NCBI GenBank assembly: GCA_965228735.1
Contig: OZ245838.1
Location: forward strand, 4,224,001 to 4,288,000
DNA: 64,000 bases
Direction of reading: 5' to 3'
DNA from: Planctomycetota bacterium
GTDB taxonomy: Bacteria; Planctomycetota; UBA1135; UBA2386
In this document: piece after piece, positions 45,486-55,641 of the stretch
How the letters are laid out: every line of letters starts with the position of its first letter
Numbering within the stretch: the first letter of the stretch is position 1
Translations under genes and position numbers: made by a program
Notes under the pieces: generated by a model
Told to the model about the DNA's origin: nothing
Seen by the model: the letters and a program-made list of their open reading frames with translations, nothing else
Database searches by the model: none

Positions 45486-47323
45486 GCGGCGATTTCCTTC
45501 CTGCCGGGCGGCAACGTGAACGTGAACGACGCGCCGGGGCCGCCGTCCGTCGGAGCAGAACAGACGAGGTCGCCGCCGAGTCGGCGGGCGATCCCGCGCG
45601 CGAGGTAGAGGCCGATGCCGACCCCCGGGGTCGCGCCGTGGGCATGCGCGCTGCCGCGCGCGAAGCGATCGAAGATGCGTTCGCGGTCGGCGCTCGGCAC
45701 CCCGGCGCCGTGATCCCGCACCGTGATCACGACCGGTTGCCCAGCGTCGCTCGCCAGGTCGACGACGATCGGACCGGCGCCGTACTTGCGCGCGTTGTCG
45801 AGCACGCAGATCAGCGCCTGCACGAGCGCTGAACGATCGATGCGCGTCACGATGGCGCCCCCGCCCGGCTCCGGCCCGCGATATTCGATCGCCGACGAGG
45901 CGCGCTCCGCGAGCGGTTCGAGCATCGTCACGGTCTCGTGCACGACCTCGGCCACGTCGCAGTCGCGCAGGTCGTAGGCCCGTTCGCCGCGCTCGACGCG
46001 GCCGAGATCGAGCACGTTCTCGATGAGCATGGACAGCCGCCCCGACTCGCTCGCGAGCATGCGGTAGTACTCCGCCTCGCGCCCGGCCGCGCGGCCTTCG
46101 GCGAGCATCTCGCCGAGCAGCCGGATCGACGCGAGCGGCGTCTTCAGCTCGTGCGTCACGGTCGTGAGGAACTCGGCCTGCGCGCGCACCGCTGCGGCTT
46201 CGCGCCGGCCGGCGCGCAGCTGCTGCACGACGACGAGTCCGAACGCCAGGAGCAGCACGAGCGTGAGCGTCGGCAGCAGCCACGTGCGCTGCGCGACCGC
46301 GAGGCCCTCGGCCGGCTCGACGCCGGCGACGAACGGCACGCCGCCGAAGCCGGCGCGCGGATCGTCGTGCAGGCGCGGCTCGACGAAGAACGGCCACGCC
46401 GGGAGCGTGCCCGTGCCGGCCACCTCGGTGACCGCGGCGACGAACTCCGCGGGCGCGAGCCATTGCACGTCGCTTCCGCCGTCCGCGCGCGGCTGCCACC
46501 AGAGCAGCCGGCCGGCCGCCGCAGTGTCGCCGATGCCGTGCACGCCACCGTCCCGTCGCGGCGCGCGCTCGCGCCACGCCGAACGCGCTTCCCGGATGCC
46601 GACGCGACGCTGCGCGACGGCGCGGCGCGCGCGATCCTCGACATCCGCGGGCAGCAACGTCGCCGCCGGCAACCAGCGCACCGGCGCGAGCAGTTCGGGC
46701 GTGCGGTCGGCCGGCGGCACGAGACGGAGCATCGATGCGACCGCCGTCGCCGTCGCGGCGTGCGAGAACGCGGCCGGCTCGAGCTGCTGCACGAGGTCCG
46801 CGAACTCGCTGACGAACCTACGCTCACGTTCACCCAGATCGGCGCGCCGGGCCTGCCACGCGGCTGCCGCGAGCACCTCGAGCCGGACGCCGATCGGCAG
46901 GCCGGCGGCGAGGATCTCGTCGAAGCCGCGCGCTGCCGCGGCAGCGTCACGGTCGACGAACTCGGAACGCGCGGCGCGCTCGAGGCGGTCCTGCACGACC
47001 GGATCGGGGTTGGCGACGTCGGTCGGCGGATCGAGCCAGCCGAGCTCTTCGTCGACCACGACCCGATCGCCGCGGATCGCGAAGCGCACCCCGCCCGCGG
47101 CCGCGAACACCTCCGGCGAGCCGGTCGCCCGCGTCAGCACGCGCGCCGCGACGGCCTCCGCGCGCGCGAACTCCAACGCCCGCGTCGCGCCTTCGAGCTC
47201 GAGCGTGCGCCACAAGGACCCGACGAGCGCGAGCGCGAGCGCACCGCCGAGCAGCAGCAGCGCGAACTGGATGCGCCCGCGCGAGGTCTCGCGCGACCCG
47301 GGCTTGTGGCGAAAGGCGTCGAT
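45482..47323 (-). CDS. Sensor histidine kinase (HisKA / HATPase_c)
   Basis: VTHELKTPL, VLDNARKYG, DHGAG, IFDRFARG and GVGIGL motifs. The first TM helix lies upstream of the TTG at 47215, so the start is placed tentatively at ATC 47323. Confidence 0.85.
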   Translation of the reverse strand: MDAFRHKPGSRETSRGRIQFALLLLGGALALALVGSLWRTLELEGATRALEFARAEAVAARVLTRATGSPEVFAAAGGVRFAIRGDRVVVDEELGWLDPPTDVANPDPVVQDRLERAARSEFVDRDAAAAARGFDEILAAGLPIGVRLEVLAAAAWQARRADLGERERRFVSEFADLVQQLEPAAFSHAATATAVASMLRLVPPADRTPELLAPVRWLPAATLLPADVEDRARRAVAQRRVGIREARSAWRERAPRRDGGVHGIGDTAAAGRLLWWQPRADGGSDVQWLAPAEFVAAVTEVAGTGTLPAWPFFVEPRLHDDPRAGFGGVPFVAGVEPAEGLAVAQRTWLLPTLTLVLLLAFGLVVVQQLRAGRREAAAVRAQAEFLTTVTHELKTPLASIRLLGEMLAEGRAAGREAEYYRMLASESGRLSMLIENVLDLGRVERGERAYDLRDCDVAEVVHETVTMLEPLAERASSAIEYRGPEPGGGAIVTRIDRSALVQALICVLDNARKYGAGPIVVDLASDAGQPVVITVRDHGAGVPSADRERIFDRFARGSAHAHGATPGVGIGLYLARGIARRLGGDLVCSAPTDGGPGASFTFTLPPGRKEIAA

Positions 47324-47453
47324 GCCGCGACGATAGTTCGCGGGCCGCCCGACCTGTCAAGAAACGGTCAAGGGGCCCCGACCCACCCGGCCGTGAACAC
47401 ACCGAACCCGGTATCTTCGTCTCACGCCGCCACGCTCAGGCGCGACGGGGCGC

Positions 47454-49235
47454 CTACCACCGCGACCGGCACAGATAACGCGACCGCGAGTAATAGGTCG
47501 TCGACACCACGGTCGTCGCCTGGTGCTGCGCAAGCTCCGGTCGCACCGCCACCAGGAGCTCGTAGAGCGCCTGCCACGGCCCATCCTCGGGAGCGGCGCC
47601 CTCGGGAGCGGCGCCCTCGCCCTCGACCATGTTGCCGATGGCGCCGATCGAAGTCGACATACCGTCGATCACCTCGGTGATCGACGCGACCTCGAGGCCC
47701 TGCCACCGCCGTGGCAAGCGCTCGATCCGTTCGCGAACCGCCGGCAGGAACGCAGCATCGGCGGTCGCCACGTCACCGGCCGCCGCGGCCCGATCGAGCA
47801 CCGCGCGCAGGTTGCGCTTCGTGCCGTCACTGCCGCCCACCCCGATCACGAACACGTCGGCCGTGGTCGCGAACTCGATCGGCACCATGCCGAGCAGGGT
47901 CATCGAGTGGATCGTCACACCGGCGTATTCCTCCCGCTTGCGCGCGACGTGCAGCCCGCGCGCACGCAACACCGTCTCGAGGTTGTCGCCCCAGGCCTTG
48001 CCGTCCCGGACCTGCAGCAAGAAACACGAGTTGCCGAACTCCTGCTGCACCCGCAAGGACGGATCGTCGTCGCCGTCATCGACGGTCACGGCCATCGGCG
48101 CCGCCGAATCGGGCAGCACCATGTACTCGTCACCGATCAGCGCAAGCACGTCCTCGACGAGCCGCAGCTTGGTGAATTCGGTGAACGTCGCCTCGACGGC
48201 TTCGCGCGGCACCGGACTCGGCGTCACCGACGCCGCGATCTCGACGAGTCGGGGATAGAACTCCGCGAGCCCCTGGCCGTGGAGCGGCGCGACGCTGAAC
48301 GTGCGCGCGTGCTCGGGCAGCAACCGCAGCAGCGCCGGCTTCTGCCGGCCGAACGGCAACAGCAGCCGCATCAGGCCCTCGGCGCCGGCCGTGTGCTCGA
48401 CGCCGAACGTCTGCCCGACGTAGTGGCCGTCGGGAAACATCGCGATCGTGAGCCGGTCGATCGAACCGAAGCCGAGGTCGCGAATCACGCCCATCCAGTT
48501 CGCTTCGCCGCCCGGTTCATCGACCGCGCAGAGCCCGTCGATGCAGCGCCCGACCGCGACCTGCAGCCCGAGAGTCGCACCCCGCAGGTTCGGCGCGATC
48601 GGCGGCGGCCCACCGGGTTCGACCGCGAAGAACGGTGGCGCGCTGCGCTCGAGATCGGTACCGACCACGAGCACGAGACAGCCGTGGATCATCGTCGGCC
48701 CCGCGAGCTGGCCGCGGCCCGATGGTCGCAGCGGCACCTGCTGACCGGCGAGCTGGACCTCACGCACCGGATCATCGGCGAACAGCTCGAGCAGCGCATC
48801 GCGGACCTTGGGCAGGCCGCCCTCCGATTCACGATCCGGCGCGAACGCGATCAACGCTGCACCCGGCGGCAGACCGGCCGCAAACGTCATGTTCTGCCAA
48901 TCGAGCCGCAGGGCGACGACGAGCTCGCCGCCGTACTCGCGCAGCACGCCGGGCAGCGCGGCGAAGCTCTCGCGTCGTCCGACCGCGACCTCCGCACTCG
49001 CGGCGAGGCTGTCGAACAGCTGATCCCACTTCGGCGCGAGCGCGGGGCTCGTGAGCGCCCGCCCGAGGCCCGTGCCCGCGAACTCGCGCTTCCAGGCCGC
49101 GGGCCCGCGCATCCGCATCACGACGTCGCAGTCCGCCGGCACGAACTGCAGCGGATCCGGCAGTCGCTGCGCGGTCGCGGTCAACGCGAGGGCGAGCGCG
49201 GCCGCGAAGCCGGCGAGGGGCGAAGTGGGGCTCAT
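47454..49235 (-). CDS. Secreted hypothetical protein (DUF3352-like)
   Basis: Signal peptide, PLQFVPAD, and REEYAGVTI-type segments. Confidence 0.6.
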   Translation of the reverse strand: MSPTSPLAGFAAALALALTATAQRLPDPLQFVPADCDVVMRMRGPAAWKREFAGTGLGRALTSPALAPKWDQLFDSLAASAEVAVGRRESFAALPGVLREYGGELVVALRLDWQNMTFAAGLPPGAALIAFAPDRESEGGLPKVRDALLELFADDPVREVQLAGQQVPLRPSGRGQLAGPTMIHGCLVLVVGTDLERSAPPFFAVEPGGPPPIAPNLRGATLGLQVAVGRCIDGLCAVDEPGGEANWMGVIRDLGFGSIDRLTIAMFPDGHYVGQTFGVEHTAGAEGLMRLLLPFGRQKPALLRLLPEHARTFSVAPLHGQGLAEFYPRLVEIAASVTPSPVPREAVEATFTEFTKLRLVEDVLALIGDEYMVLPDSAAPMAVTVDDGDDDPSLRVQQEFGNSCFLLQVRDGKAWGDNLETVLRARGLHVARKREEYAGVTIHSMTLLGMVPIEFATTADVFVIGVGGSDGTKRNLRAVLDRAAAAGDVATADAAFLPAVRERIERLPRRWQGLEVASITEVIDGMSTSIGAIGNMVEGEGAAPEGAAPEDGPWQALYELLVAVRPELAQHQATTVVSTTYYSRSRYLCRSRW

Positions 49236-49313
49236 GGCCTGGAATCGGACGCCCCGAGCCGCGGCCGCGCAACCCCCCGCTACGTGGGGCGGGCGCGTTC
49301 CTTGCCCGCACCG

Positions 49314-50072
49314 CTAGAAACGGATGCCGCCGCCGATCAGCAGGCCGCTGATGCCGATGTCGATGTCGACGCTGTCGCCATCGATGTCGCCCTCTCCTTC
49401 GAAGTCGATCGAGCGGTAGCCGACGAACAGGTTGAGCGGCTCGAGCGCGGTGATCTCGAGCAGCGCCTCGATGTCGAGCATCTCGGCATCCACGTCGTCG
49501 ACGTCGACCGACACGTAGCCGACCTCGCCGACCAGTTGGACAGCGCTGACGATGTCGACCTCGACGCGGCCGAACAGCATCGGCAGCGGCGCCTGTAGCT
49601 CGACGTTCTCGCTCGCGGCGCCGATCGAGTCGCGCACGAAGATCGAGAGGTCGACGAAATTGGCCGCGATGCCGGGCTGCAGCGAGACCGGACCGAGCGG
49701 GATCTCGAACGTGTAGCTGACCTTGGCGCTGGCCATCTCGAAGTCGGTCAGGACCGGCACGTTGGCCGACACGTTACCGAACTGCTGGGTCAGCGTGCCG
49801 CGGCCCTCGTCCTCGAACAGAAAGCCCGAGACCGCGAGGTTGGGGACGCCGAAGTCCATCGCGGCCCGGACGATCGGCGTGCCCTGCTCGTCGCCGAGGC
49901 CGAGCGCGGTCTCGATGTCGTCCTGGGCGGTGACGCCGCCCGAGCCGCTGACGTAGCCGATGTCACCGTCGAGGCCGAGCTGGGCGAAGCCCGCCTGACC
50001 GGTGATCTCGAATTGATAGCACGACGTGGCGAGCGCGAGCGCTGCGAGCGCGAGGCAATGACGAATGCGCAT
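49314..50072 (-). CDS. Outer-membrane beta-barrel protein with lipobox
   Basis: LATSC lipobox, alternating beta-strand pattern, VGYRSI, and terminal GGGIRF. Confidence 0.75.
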   Translation of the reverse strand: MRIRHCLALAALALATSCYQFEITGQAGFAQLGLDGDIGYVSGSGGVTAQDDIETALGLGDEQGTPIVRAAMDFGVPNLAVSGFLFEDEGRGTLTQQFGNVSANVPVLTDFEMASAKVSYTFEIPLGPVSLQPGIAANFVDLSIFVRDSIGAASENVELQAPLPMLFGRVEVDIVSAVQLVGEVGYVSVDVDDVDAEMLDIEALLEITALEPLNLFVGYRSIDFEGEGDIDGDSVDIDIGISGLLIGGGIRF

Positions 50073-50110
50073 GGTGGTGGTTCCTTCTGGTCTGAGCGAG
50101 GGGCGAACGT

Positions 50111-50989
50111 TCAGTTCGCGGTCACGTCGAACGTGTCGAGGTTGACGTTGAACGTGCCGACACCGCTCACCTCGAGCACCGCGATGTTGCTCTTGTTGAA
50201 CGTCAGCGTCCCGCTCACGGACAGCGCCGTCGTCTGGTTCGTCAGCGACCAGGTGATGACGCCTGACGGGTATTCCTGGCCCGGCTCTTCATCCGTGAGG
50301 ATCTCGTCGAAGGAGAACGCGAAGCGGCAGACGTTGCCGCTGACCGACGTATCGATGTTGCACGTCTGCACCGGCGGCGTGGAGCTGGCAACGGCCGCGA
50401 CGCCCTCGGTCGACTCGAGCTCTTCGAGCTCGTTCTGGTTGGCCGAACCCGCGATCAGCCCGGTCAGCGCGGCGGGATCGCTCGTCGCGCCCGACGACAT
50501 CGCCGTGCCGCCCGTGACCGTGCCACCCGCGTTGCAGGTCGCGCCTTCGTAGATCGTCCACTCGCCGACCATGAACGGCCGGCCCGACGAGAACATCGTG
50601 CGCAGCTGCGTCGCCGCGTCGTCGATCGCCTGCGACAGGCTCACCGTCGACAGCGTCAGACCCGTGACCGGCGAACCACCCGTCGGGCCGTAGAACTGGA
50701 TCAGACCGGCGATCTGGAACGAGCCGATGTCGATGCAGTAATCGATCTTGGTGCCGTCGAAGCTCCAGAGCAGCCCGGTCGGATCCGGCGGGTTATTGGT
50801 CTGCGCCTGGCGCCAGAGCTTGCTGAACTCGACGACCTCGTCGAGCCGCCGGATGTGCGGCGGGATGCAGTCGACGACGAGCTCGAGCTTGGCCTGCAGG
50901 TCGGGATCGAGCGTCGAGTCGACCGAGCTGTCACAGCCGGCCAGAGCGAGAAGGAGGCAAGAGGACGTCAGCAGACGCGACGAGAGCAT
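50111..50989 (-). CDS. Hypothetical lipoprotein
   Basis: LAGC lipobox and GC-rich third codon positions in this frame. Confidence 0.75.
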   Translation of the reverse strand: MLSSRLLTSSCLLLALAGCDSSVDSTLDPDLQAKLELVVDCIPPHIRRLDEVVEFSKLWRQAQTNNPPDPTGLLWSFDGTKIDYCIDIGSFQIAGLIQFYGPTGGSPVTGLTLSTVSLSQAIDDAATQLRTMFSSGRPFMVGEWTIYEGATCNAGGTVTGGTAMSSGATSDPAALTGLIAGSANQNELEELESTEGVAAVASSTPPVQTCNIDTSVSGNVCRFAFSFDEILTDEEPGQEYPSGVITWSLTNQTTALSVSGTLTFNKSNIAVLEVSGVGTFNVNLDTFDVTAN

Positions 50990-51097
50990 GGATCAGTCTC
51001 CGATTCGGTCGGTCCCTCGAAACAGGGGCCGGTGCCATGGGGGAGTGAGATGGGGATGTGGGAGCAGCGCCCGCAGTTTAGCCTGACGCGAGAGCCG

Positions 51098-53110
51098 ATG
51101 GCCAAGACGCGCAAGAACTCCAGCGGCACCGCCATGATTCTGGTGGTTTCGGGGGTCATTGCGCTGGTCGTCGGACTGTGGCTGGTGGGCCGTAACCAAG
51201 AGCCGGAGGCGCCGCCGACCGCGACGCCGCCCGCCGCGGAGAACAGCGACCGCGACGCCGCCGAGCGAACAGAGATTCTGCCGGCGCCGGCCCCCGCCGC
51301 CGTTCGCTCGGAGTCGACCGGGACGCGGGTCGTGGACGCAGAACGGGCGAAATCGGGGTCGCGGGACGCGGCGATCCGGGTCGTCGTGCGGTTCGCGGCG
51401 GGTCATGAGCCGGCGCACGTCGACGTGGTCGTCGCACGGCAGGACAGCGGCAACGAGGTCACGGCGGTGCGGCTGCCCGTCGAGGGCGGGAGTGCAGCGA
51501 GCTTGCTGACCGTGCCGCCCGGGGTGTGGGTGTGGGTACGGGCGCTCGTCGACGGGGCGTATGGGAGCAGCGTGCTGCGACGGCTCATTCCGGGCGAGGA
51601 GCACGACGTGGAGCTGTATTGCGCGGCACATCCGACACGGTTTCGGATCACGGGGCCGTCTCCCGATCTCATCGCGATGATGCAGGTCGAGGTCTGGGAG
51701 GACCCGCTCGAGTCGCAGGAACGGCTTCTGCGGGTCCCGTTCGGAGCGGACGGGCGCGCGACGTGCCTGCTGGACCGACCAGCACACGCCGTCGTCCGAC
51801 TCTTCGACGGCAAGACCGTGCCTCTGCTGGCGGATGGACGGTCCTACTTCGCTCCTGGTGGCGAAGCGACGTTGACGCCCGATCAACAACTGCACGGGTT
51901 CGTAACTCGGCACGAGAAACGGCCGATCCTGGGAAGTCTGCAGCTCGGAGCACGCGAGACCGAGTCCCAACAACACGGTGCCTTCGTCACGACCAAGGCG
52001 CTGGTCGACGCAACCGAGACCGTGCGTTGCACCGTTGGCCCACCGCTGCACAGCACGGGGACTGCTCCGCTCGCGATCTTCCGCACCGCGGCCGACGTAT
52101 GGCCGATCGATGTCGAGCGACTCGACTTGCTCGGTTCGATCATGGTCACGTTCGGTGCGCTGCGGCCCGAGGAAGCCGACGCCGTGTCCGACCTGATCGC
52201 GGTGCGGCTCGACGACCAACGACGCTACGAAATCACGCGCAGCCGTGGCGACGATCACGACATCGTGGCGCCGGCCGGTCGCTACCGCCTCGTGTGGGCC
52301 GGCAGCGACGGGGTCGATCGCCCGGCGGTCGATTCCGTGCTCGTCGAGCCGAATGCCCCCACGAAGATCACCCTTGCACCGCGTCTGCAACCACAATGGG
52401 TGTTCGAGATTCAAGACGCGGCCAACCCCGCGACGCGGGTCGACGGGGCATGGCTGGTGTGGCCGGGACAACGCCTCTTCGGCACACTGCAGAACGGCGT
52501 TGTGTCCGGGCACTCGGACGCGACGCCGCGTCCGGGACAGCTCGCGCAGCTTCGCCTGCGACACCAGCTGCACACGTTCGAGGCCCGGTTCGTCAGCGTC
52601 GACCCGACCCGGCGCCGCGCCGTGCTCGAGTCGGAGCTCGCGCGCGCCATCCCCGTGCGACTGCGCATCACGCCGCTGCCCGGAGAACGGCCGCCGACCA
52701 TCCGCACGGCGGGCTACTCGATCGACGACCTGTTCGGCGGCGTGGCGCGCCCATCGATCACGCAGGTTCCGGCCGAGAAGCTCGTCGTCACCGCAGGCAA
52801 ACCGGTGCAGGGCTACGTCACGCAATACTCGCGCGGCAGCGAGCAGGTGATCGGCTGGTTTCAGGCCACCGCACAGCAGCCAGATGTCACGGTCGAGGCC
52901 GACGGTCACTGGGCCACCGTGATCTGCCCGCCGGGACTGCAGACGGCGAGCGTGCTCTTCGGCGGCGAGCCAACGGCGACCGCGAGGATCTTCCCCGAAG
53001 GCGGCCGAGCCGAGCTGCACGTACCGCGCGGCACGACCGACATCACCGTGTCCGTGAACGGCGCGTTTCAGCCCTTCGACGCACGAACCACGAAGATCGT
53101 CCTGCGCTGA
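51098..53110 (+). CDS. Membrane-anchored hypothetical protein
   Basis: MAKTRK followed by a TM helix, a Pro/Ala linker and beta-rich domains. Confidence 0.65.
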   Translation: MAKTRKNSSGTAMILVVSGVIALVVGLWLVGRNQEPEAPPTATPPAAENSDRDAAERTEILPAPAPAAVRSESTGTRVVDAERAKSGSRDAAIRVVVRFAAGHEPAHVDVVVARQDSGNEVTAVRLPVEGGSAASLLTVPPGVWVWVRALVDGAYGSSVLRRLIPGEEHDVELYCAAHPTRFRITGPSPDLIAMMQVEVWEDPLESQERLLRVPFGADGRATCLLDRPAHAVVRLFDGKTVPLLADGRSYFAPGGEATLTPDQQLHGFVTRHEKRPILGSLQLGARETESQQHGAFVTTKALVDATETVRCTVGPPLHSTGTAPLAIFRTAADVWPIDVERLDLLGSIMVTFGALRPEEADAVSDLIAVRLDDQRRYEITRSRGDDHDIVAPAGRYRLVWAGSDGVDRPAVDSVLVEPNAPTKITLAPRLQPQWVFEIQDAANPATRVDGAWLVWPGQRLFGTLQNGVVSGHSDATPRPGQLAQLRLRHQLHTFEARFVSVDPTRRRAVLESELARAIPVRLRITPLPGERPPTIRTAGYSIDDLFGGVARPSITQVPAEKLVVTAGKPVQGYVTQYSRGSEQVIGWFQATAQQPDVTVEADGHWATVICPPGLQTASVLFGGEPTATARIFPEGGRAELHVPRGTTDITVSVNGAFQPFDARTTKIVLR

Positions 53111-53276
53111 CCCCCCCGTACGGTACCTGGTTCGAACTGCCGGACCTACCTCCACCGCAGCCCGCCACACCCGGCAGTTTGCGCTGACCCCCCCGTACGG
53201 TACCTGGTTCGAACTGCCGGACCTGCCTCCACCGCAGCGCGCCACACCCGGCAGTTTGAACCAGGTACCGTACGGG
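53103..53276. repeat. REP/REPIN-like family B element with a 77-bp tandem duplication
   Basis: 53103-53179 is repeated at 53180-53256 with 2 differences. 29-bp inverted arms lie at 53192-53220 and 53248-53276 (1 mismatch). Confidence 0.88.
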
Positions 53277-53288
53277 TAGAACTTCCGC

Positions 53289-54785
53289 ATGACGTTTGCC
53301 CCGCCGCCCGAGCGCCGGATGTTTGCCAACCGCACGCTCAACATGCGGTCCGTTCAGGTCGTCGGTTTCGACATGGACTACACGCTCGTGCACTACGAGG
53401 TGCCGGTCTGGGAGACGCGGGCCTATGCGCACGCGCAGCAGCGGCTCGTCGACGAGGGGCTGCCGCTGCAGGACCTCGAGTTCGATCCGGAGATGTTCGC
53501 GCGCGGGCTCGTGCTCGATCTGGAGCTCGGGAACATCGTCAAGGCCAACCGCTTCGGCTACATCACGCAGAGTTCGCACGGCACGCAGCCGATGCTGCAC
53601 GAGGCGCAACGGCGCACCTACGCGCAGGTCTGGGTGAACCTCAGCGAGCCGCGCTGGGTGTTCCTCAACACGCTGTTCTCGCTGTCCGAGGCGTGCCTCT
53701 ACGGGCAGCTCGTCGACCTGCTCGATCGGGGGAAGCTCGGCGATGCCGACGTCGAACCCGGTGACTACTCGCGGCTCTACGACTTCGTGAAGCGCGGGAT
53801 GGACGCCGCGCACCTCGAGGGTGAGCTCAAGGCGGAGATCATCGCGGACCCGGAGAAGTTCGTCGTGTTCGACCGCGACCTGCCGCGCGCGCTCCTCGAC
53901 CTCAAGCACGCGGGCAAGAAGCTGTTCCTCGCGACGAACAGCGAGTGGCACTACACGGACCCGATGATGCGCTACGTGTTCGACCGCTACATGCCGGACG
54001 GCATGACGTGGCGCGACCTGTTCGACCTCACGATCGTGCAGGCCAGGAAGCCCGGGTTCTTCACGTCGGAGCAGGGCTTCGAACTCGTGAACGAGGCGAC
54101 GAACGAATCGTCGCCGCACGAGGGCCCGCTCGACAGCGACCGCGTGTTCCTCGGGGGCAGCGCCAAGATCGTGCAGGAGCACTTCGGCGTCGACGGCGGC
54201 GTGATCCTCTACGTCGGCGACCACGCCTACGCCGACGTGCACGTGTCGAGCCGGCTGCAGCGCTGGCGCACGGTGCTCGTGCTGCGCGAGCTCGAGGAGG
54301 AGATCCAGCAGGAGATCGCGTTCGCCGGCAGCCAGCGCCAGCTCGAGGAGCTCATGGCGCAGAAGGTCCGACTCGATCACGAACAGGCGATGCTGCGGCT
54401 CGCGATCCTGCGGCTCGATCGCAACGGCAAGCCGATCGACGGGCTCACCGGTGACGCCGACGCACTGCAGGACCGACTGCGCGCGCTGCGGCCCGAGATC
54501 GACGCGCTCGATCAGCGCATCGCGCCGCTCGCCGCGGCCGCGAGCAGCCTCGGCCATTCACACTGGGGGCCGCTCATGCGTGCCGGCATCGACAAGAGCC
54601 GCCTCGCGCGCGAGATCGAGGGCTTCGCCGACGTCTACACGTCGCGCGTGTCCAACTTCCTGTTCCTGTCGCCATTCGGCTACCTGCGCGCCGGGCGCGG
54701 CACGCTGCCGCACGACGTCGCGTCGGGCGCTCAGGTCGCGGCGGAGCCGGATGCCGAGCCGTCGGGGTCGACCGGGTCACCGTAG
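53289..54785 (+). CDS. HAD-IG family 5'-nucleotidase (cN-II-like)
   Basis: GFDMDYTL, RGLVLD, FLATNS, ARKPGFF, YVGDH and ADVYTSRVSNF motifs. Confidence 0.93.
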   Translation: MTFAPPPERRMFANRTLNMRSVQVVGFDMDYTLVHYEVPVWETRAYAHAQQRLVDEGLPLQDLEFDPEMFARGLVLDLELGNIVKANRFGYITQSSHGTQPMLHEAQRRTYAQVWVNLSEPRWVFLNTLFSLSEACLYGQLVDLLDRGKLGDADVEPGDYSRLYDFVKRGMDAAHLEGELKAEIIADPEKFVVFDRDLPRALLDLKHAGKKLFLATNSEWHYTDPMMRYVFDRYMPDGMTWRDLFDLTIVQARKPGFFTSEQGFELVNEATNESSPHEGPLDSDRVFLGGSAKIVQEHFGVDGGVILYVGDHAYADVHVSSRLQRWRTVLVLRELEEEIQQEIAFAGSQRQLEELMAQKVRLDHEQAMLRLAILRLDRNGKPIDGLTGDADALQDRLRALRPEIDALDQRIAPLAAAASSLGHSHWGPLMRAGIDKSRLAREIEGFADVYTSRVSNFLFLSPFGYLRAGRGTLPHDVASGAQVAAEPDAEPSGSTGSP

Positions 54786-55528
54786 GTCTCACGGTAGATC
54801 GCCGCCCCGCGCCGGCCCTGCATCCAGCCGAGCACGCCCATCCCTGGCCCGAGGACCATGTAGCACCAGCCGGGCAGTCCGGACTTCTCCCAGACGCGAG
54901 TCAACGCAAACGTGATCGATGCCGCCGCGACGAGGATCTGGAACCAGAACCGAACGAGGCTCGCCCGCAGCTCGTACTCCTCGAACGCGTTGAGTTGCAT
55001 CGCCGCGCGCTCCTTCCACGCGTGACGATAGAGCAGCACGTAGACGAGGAAGATCAGCAGATAGCCGCTGCTGTAGTAGGTGAACAACCACGTCGTGCCG
55101 CCAAAGTCCCGGAAGCCTTCCTGGACGACCTCAGGCGTGAGCTCGCCGATCGGCCCGACCATGAACACGTACATCCACGTGAAAAGCGTCTTCAGCGGAT
55201 ACGCATAGACGAGGACAAGGAACAGCAGCGCGAGGTTGAGGAACGCCGTCCAGCCGTCGCGCAGGTTGAAGCGCCGCGAGAACAACCAGTGCTCGAACCA
55301 CAGGTAGCACAGGATCGCGAACGCCGGCAGCGCCGGAACCATCGAGCGCATCGCGGCGCCGAGGTCGGCGAACGACAGCGGCGGCTCGGAGCGCAGGAAC
55401 ACGAGCGCGAGCACGATCGCGAACACGCCGTCCGTGAAGCTCTCGAGCCGCGAGACGTCGGCCTCGCCGCGCCAGCGGAAGCCGCGGTCGAGGCGACGCG
55501 GGGTGATCGGCGCGGGGCCTTCACTCAT
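54731..55528 (-). CDS. TMEM175/DUF1211-family potassium channel-like membrane protein
   Basis: SRLESFTDGVFAI motif, WFEHW, and ~6 TM segments; 55-bp convergent overlap with the nucleotidase. Confidence 0.82.
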   Translation of the reverse strand: MSEGPAPITPRRLDRGFRWRGEADVSRLESFTDGVFAIVLALVFLRSEPPLSFADLGAAMRSMVPALPAFAILCYLWFEHWLFSRRFNLRDGWTAFLNLALLFLVLVYAYPLKTLFTWMYVFMVGPIGELTPEVVQEGFRDFGGTTWLFTYYSSGYLLIFLVYVLLYRHAWKERAAMQLNAFEEYELRASLVRFWFQILVAAASITFALTRVWEKSGLPGWCYMVLGPGMGVLGWMQGRRGAAIYRETYGDPVDPDGSASGSAAT

Positions 55529-55641
55529 GCGGTGAAGAATGCCGCGACAGCAACGGCGAGGGAACCGTCTACGCTGAGATCCAAGAACCGATCCAGACCC
55601 CCGAACCAACCGGAGACCTGGACCAACCGGAGACCCGAACC

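Noticed and set aside
47586..47620. 15-bp tandem repeat (EGAAP twice)
   Set aside because: A short in-frame linker duplication inside a CDS with no sign of wider significance.
53103..53276. Mini CRISPR array
   Set aside because: The intervening sequences are near-identical rather than unique spacers, the last arm is inverted, and there is no cas operon.
54731..54785. 55-bp convergent overlap as an antisense regulatory system
   Set aside because: Both overlapping tails are low-complexity; such overlaps are common where stop codons are rare.
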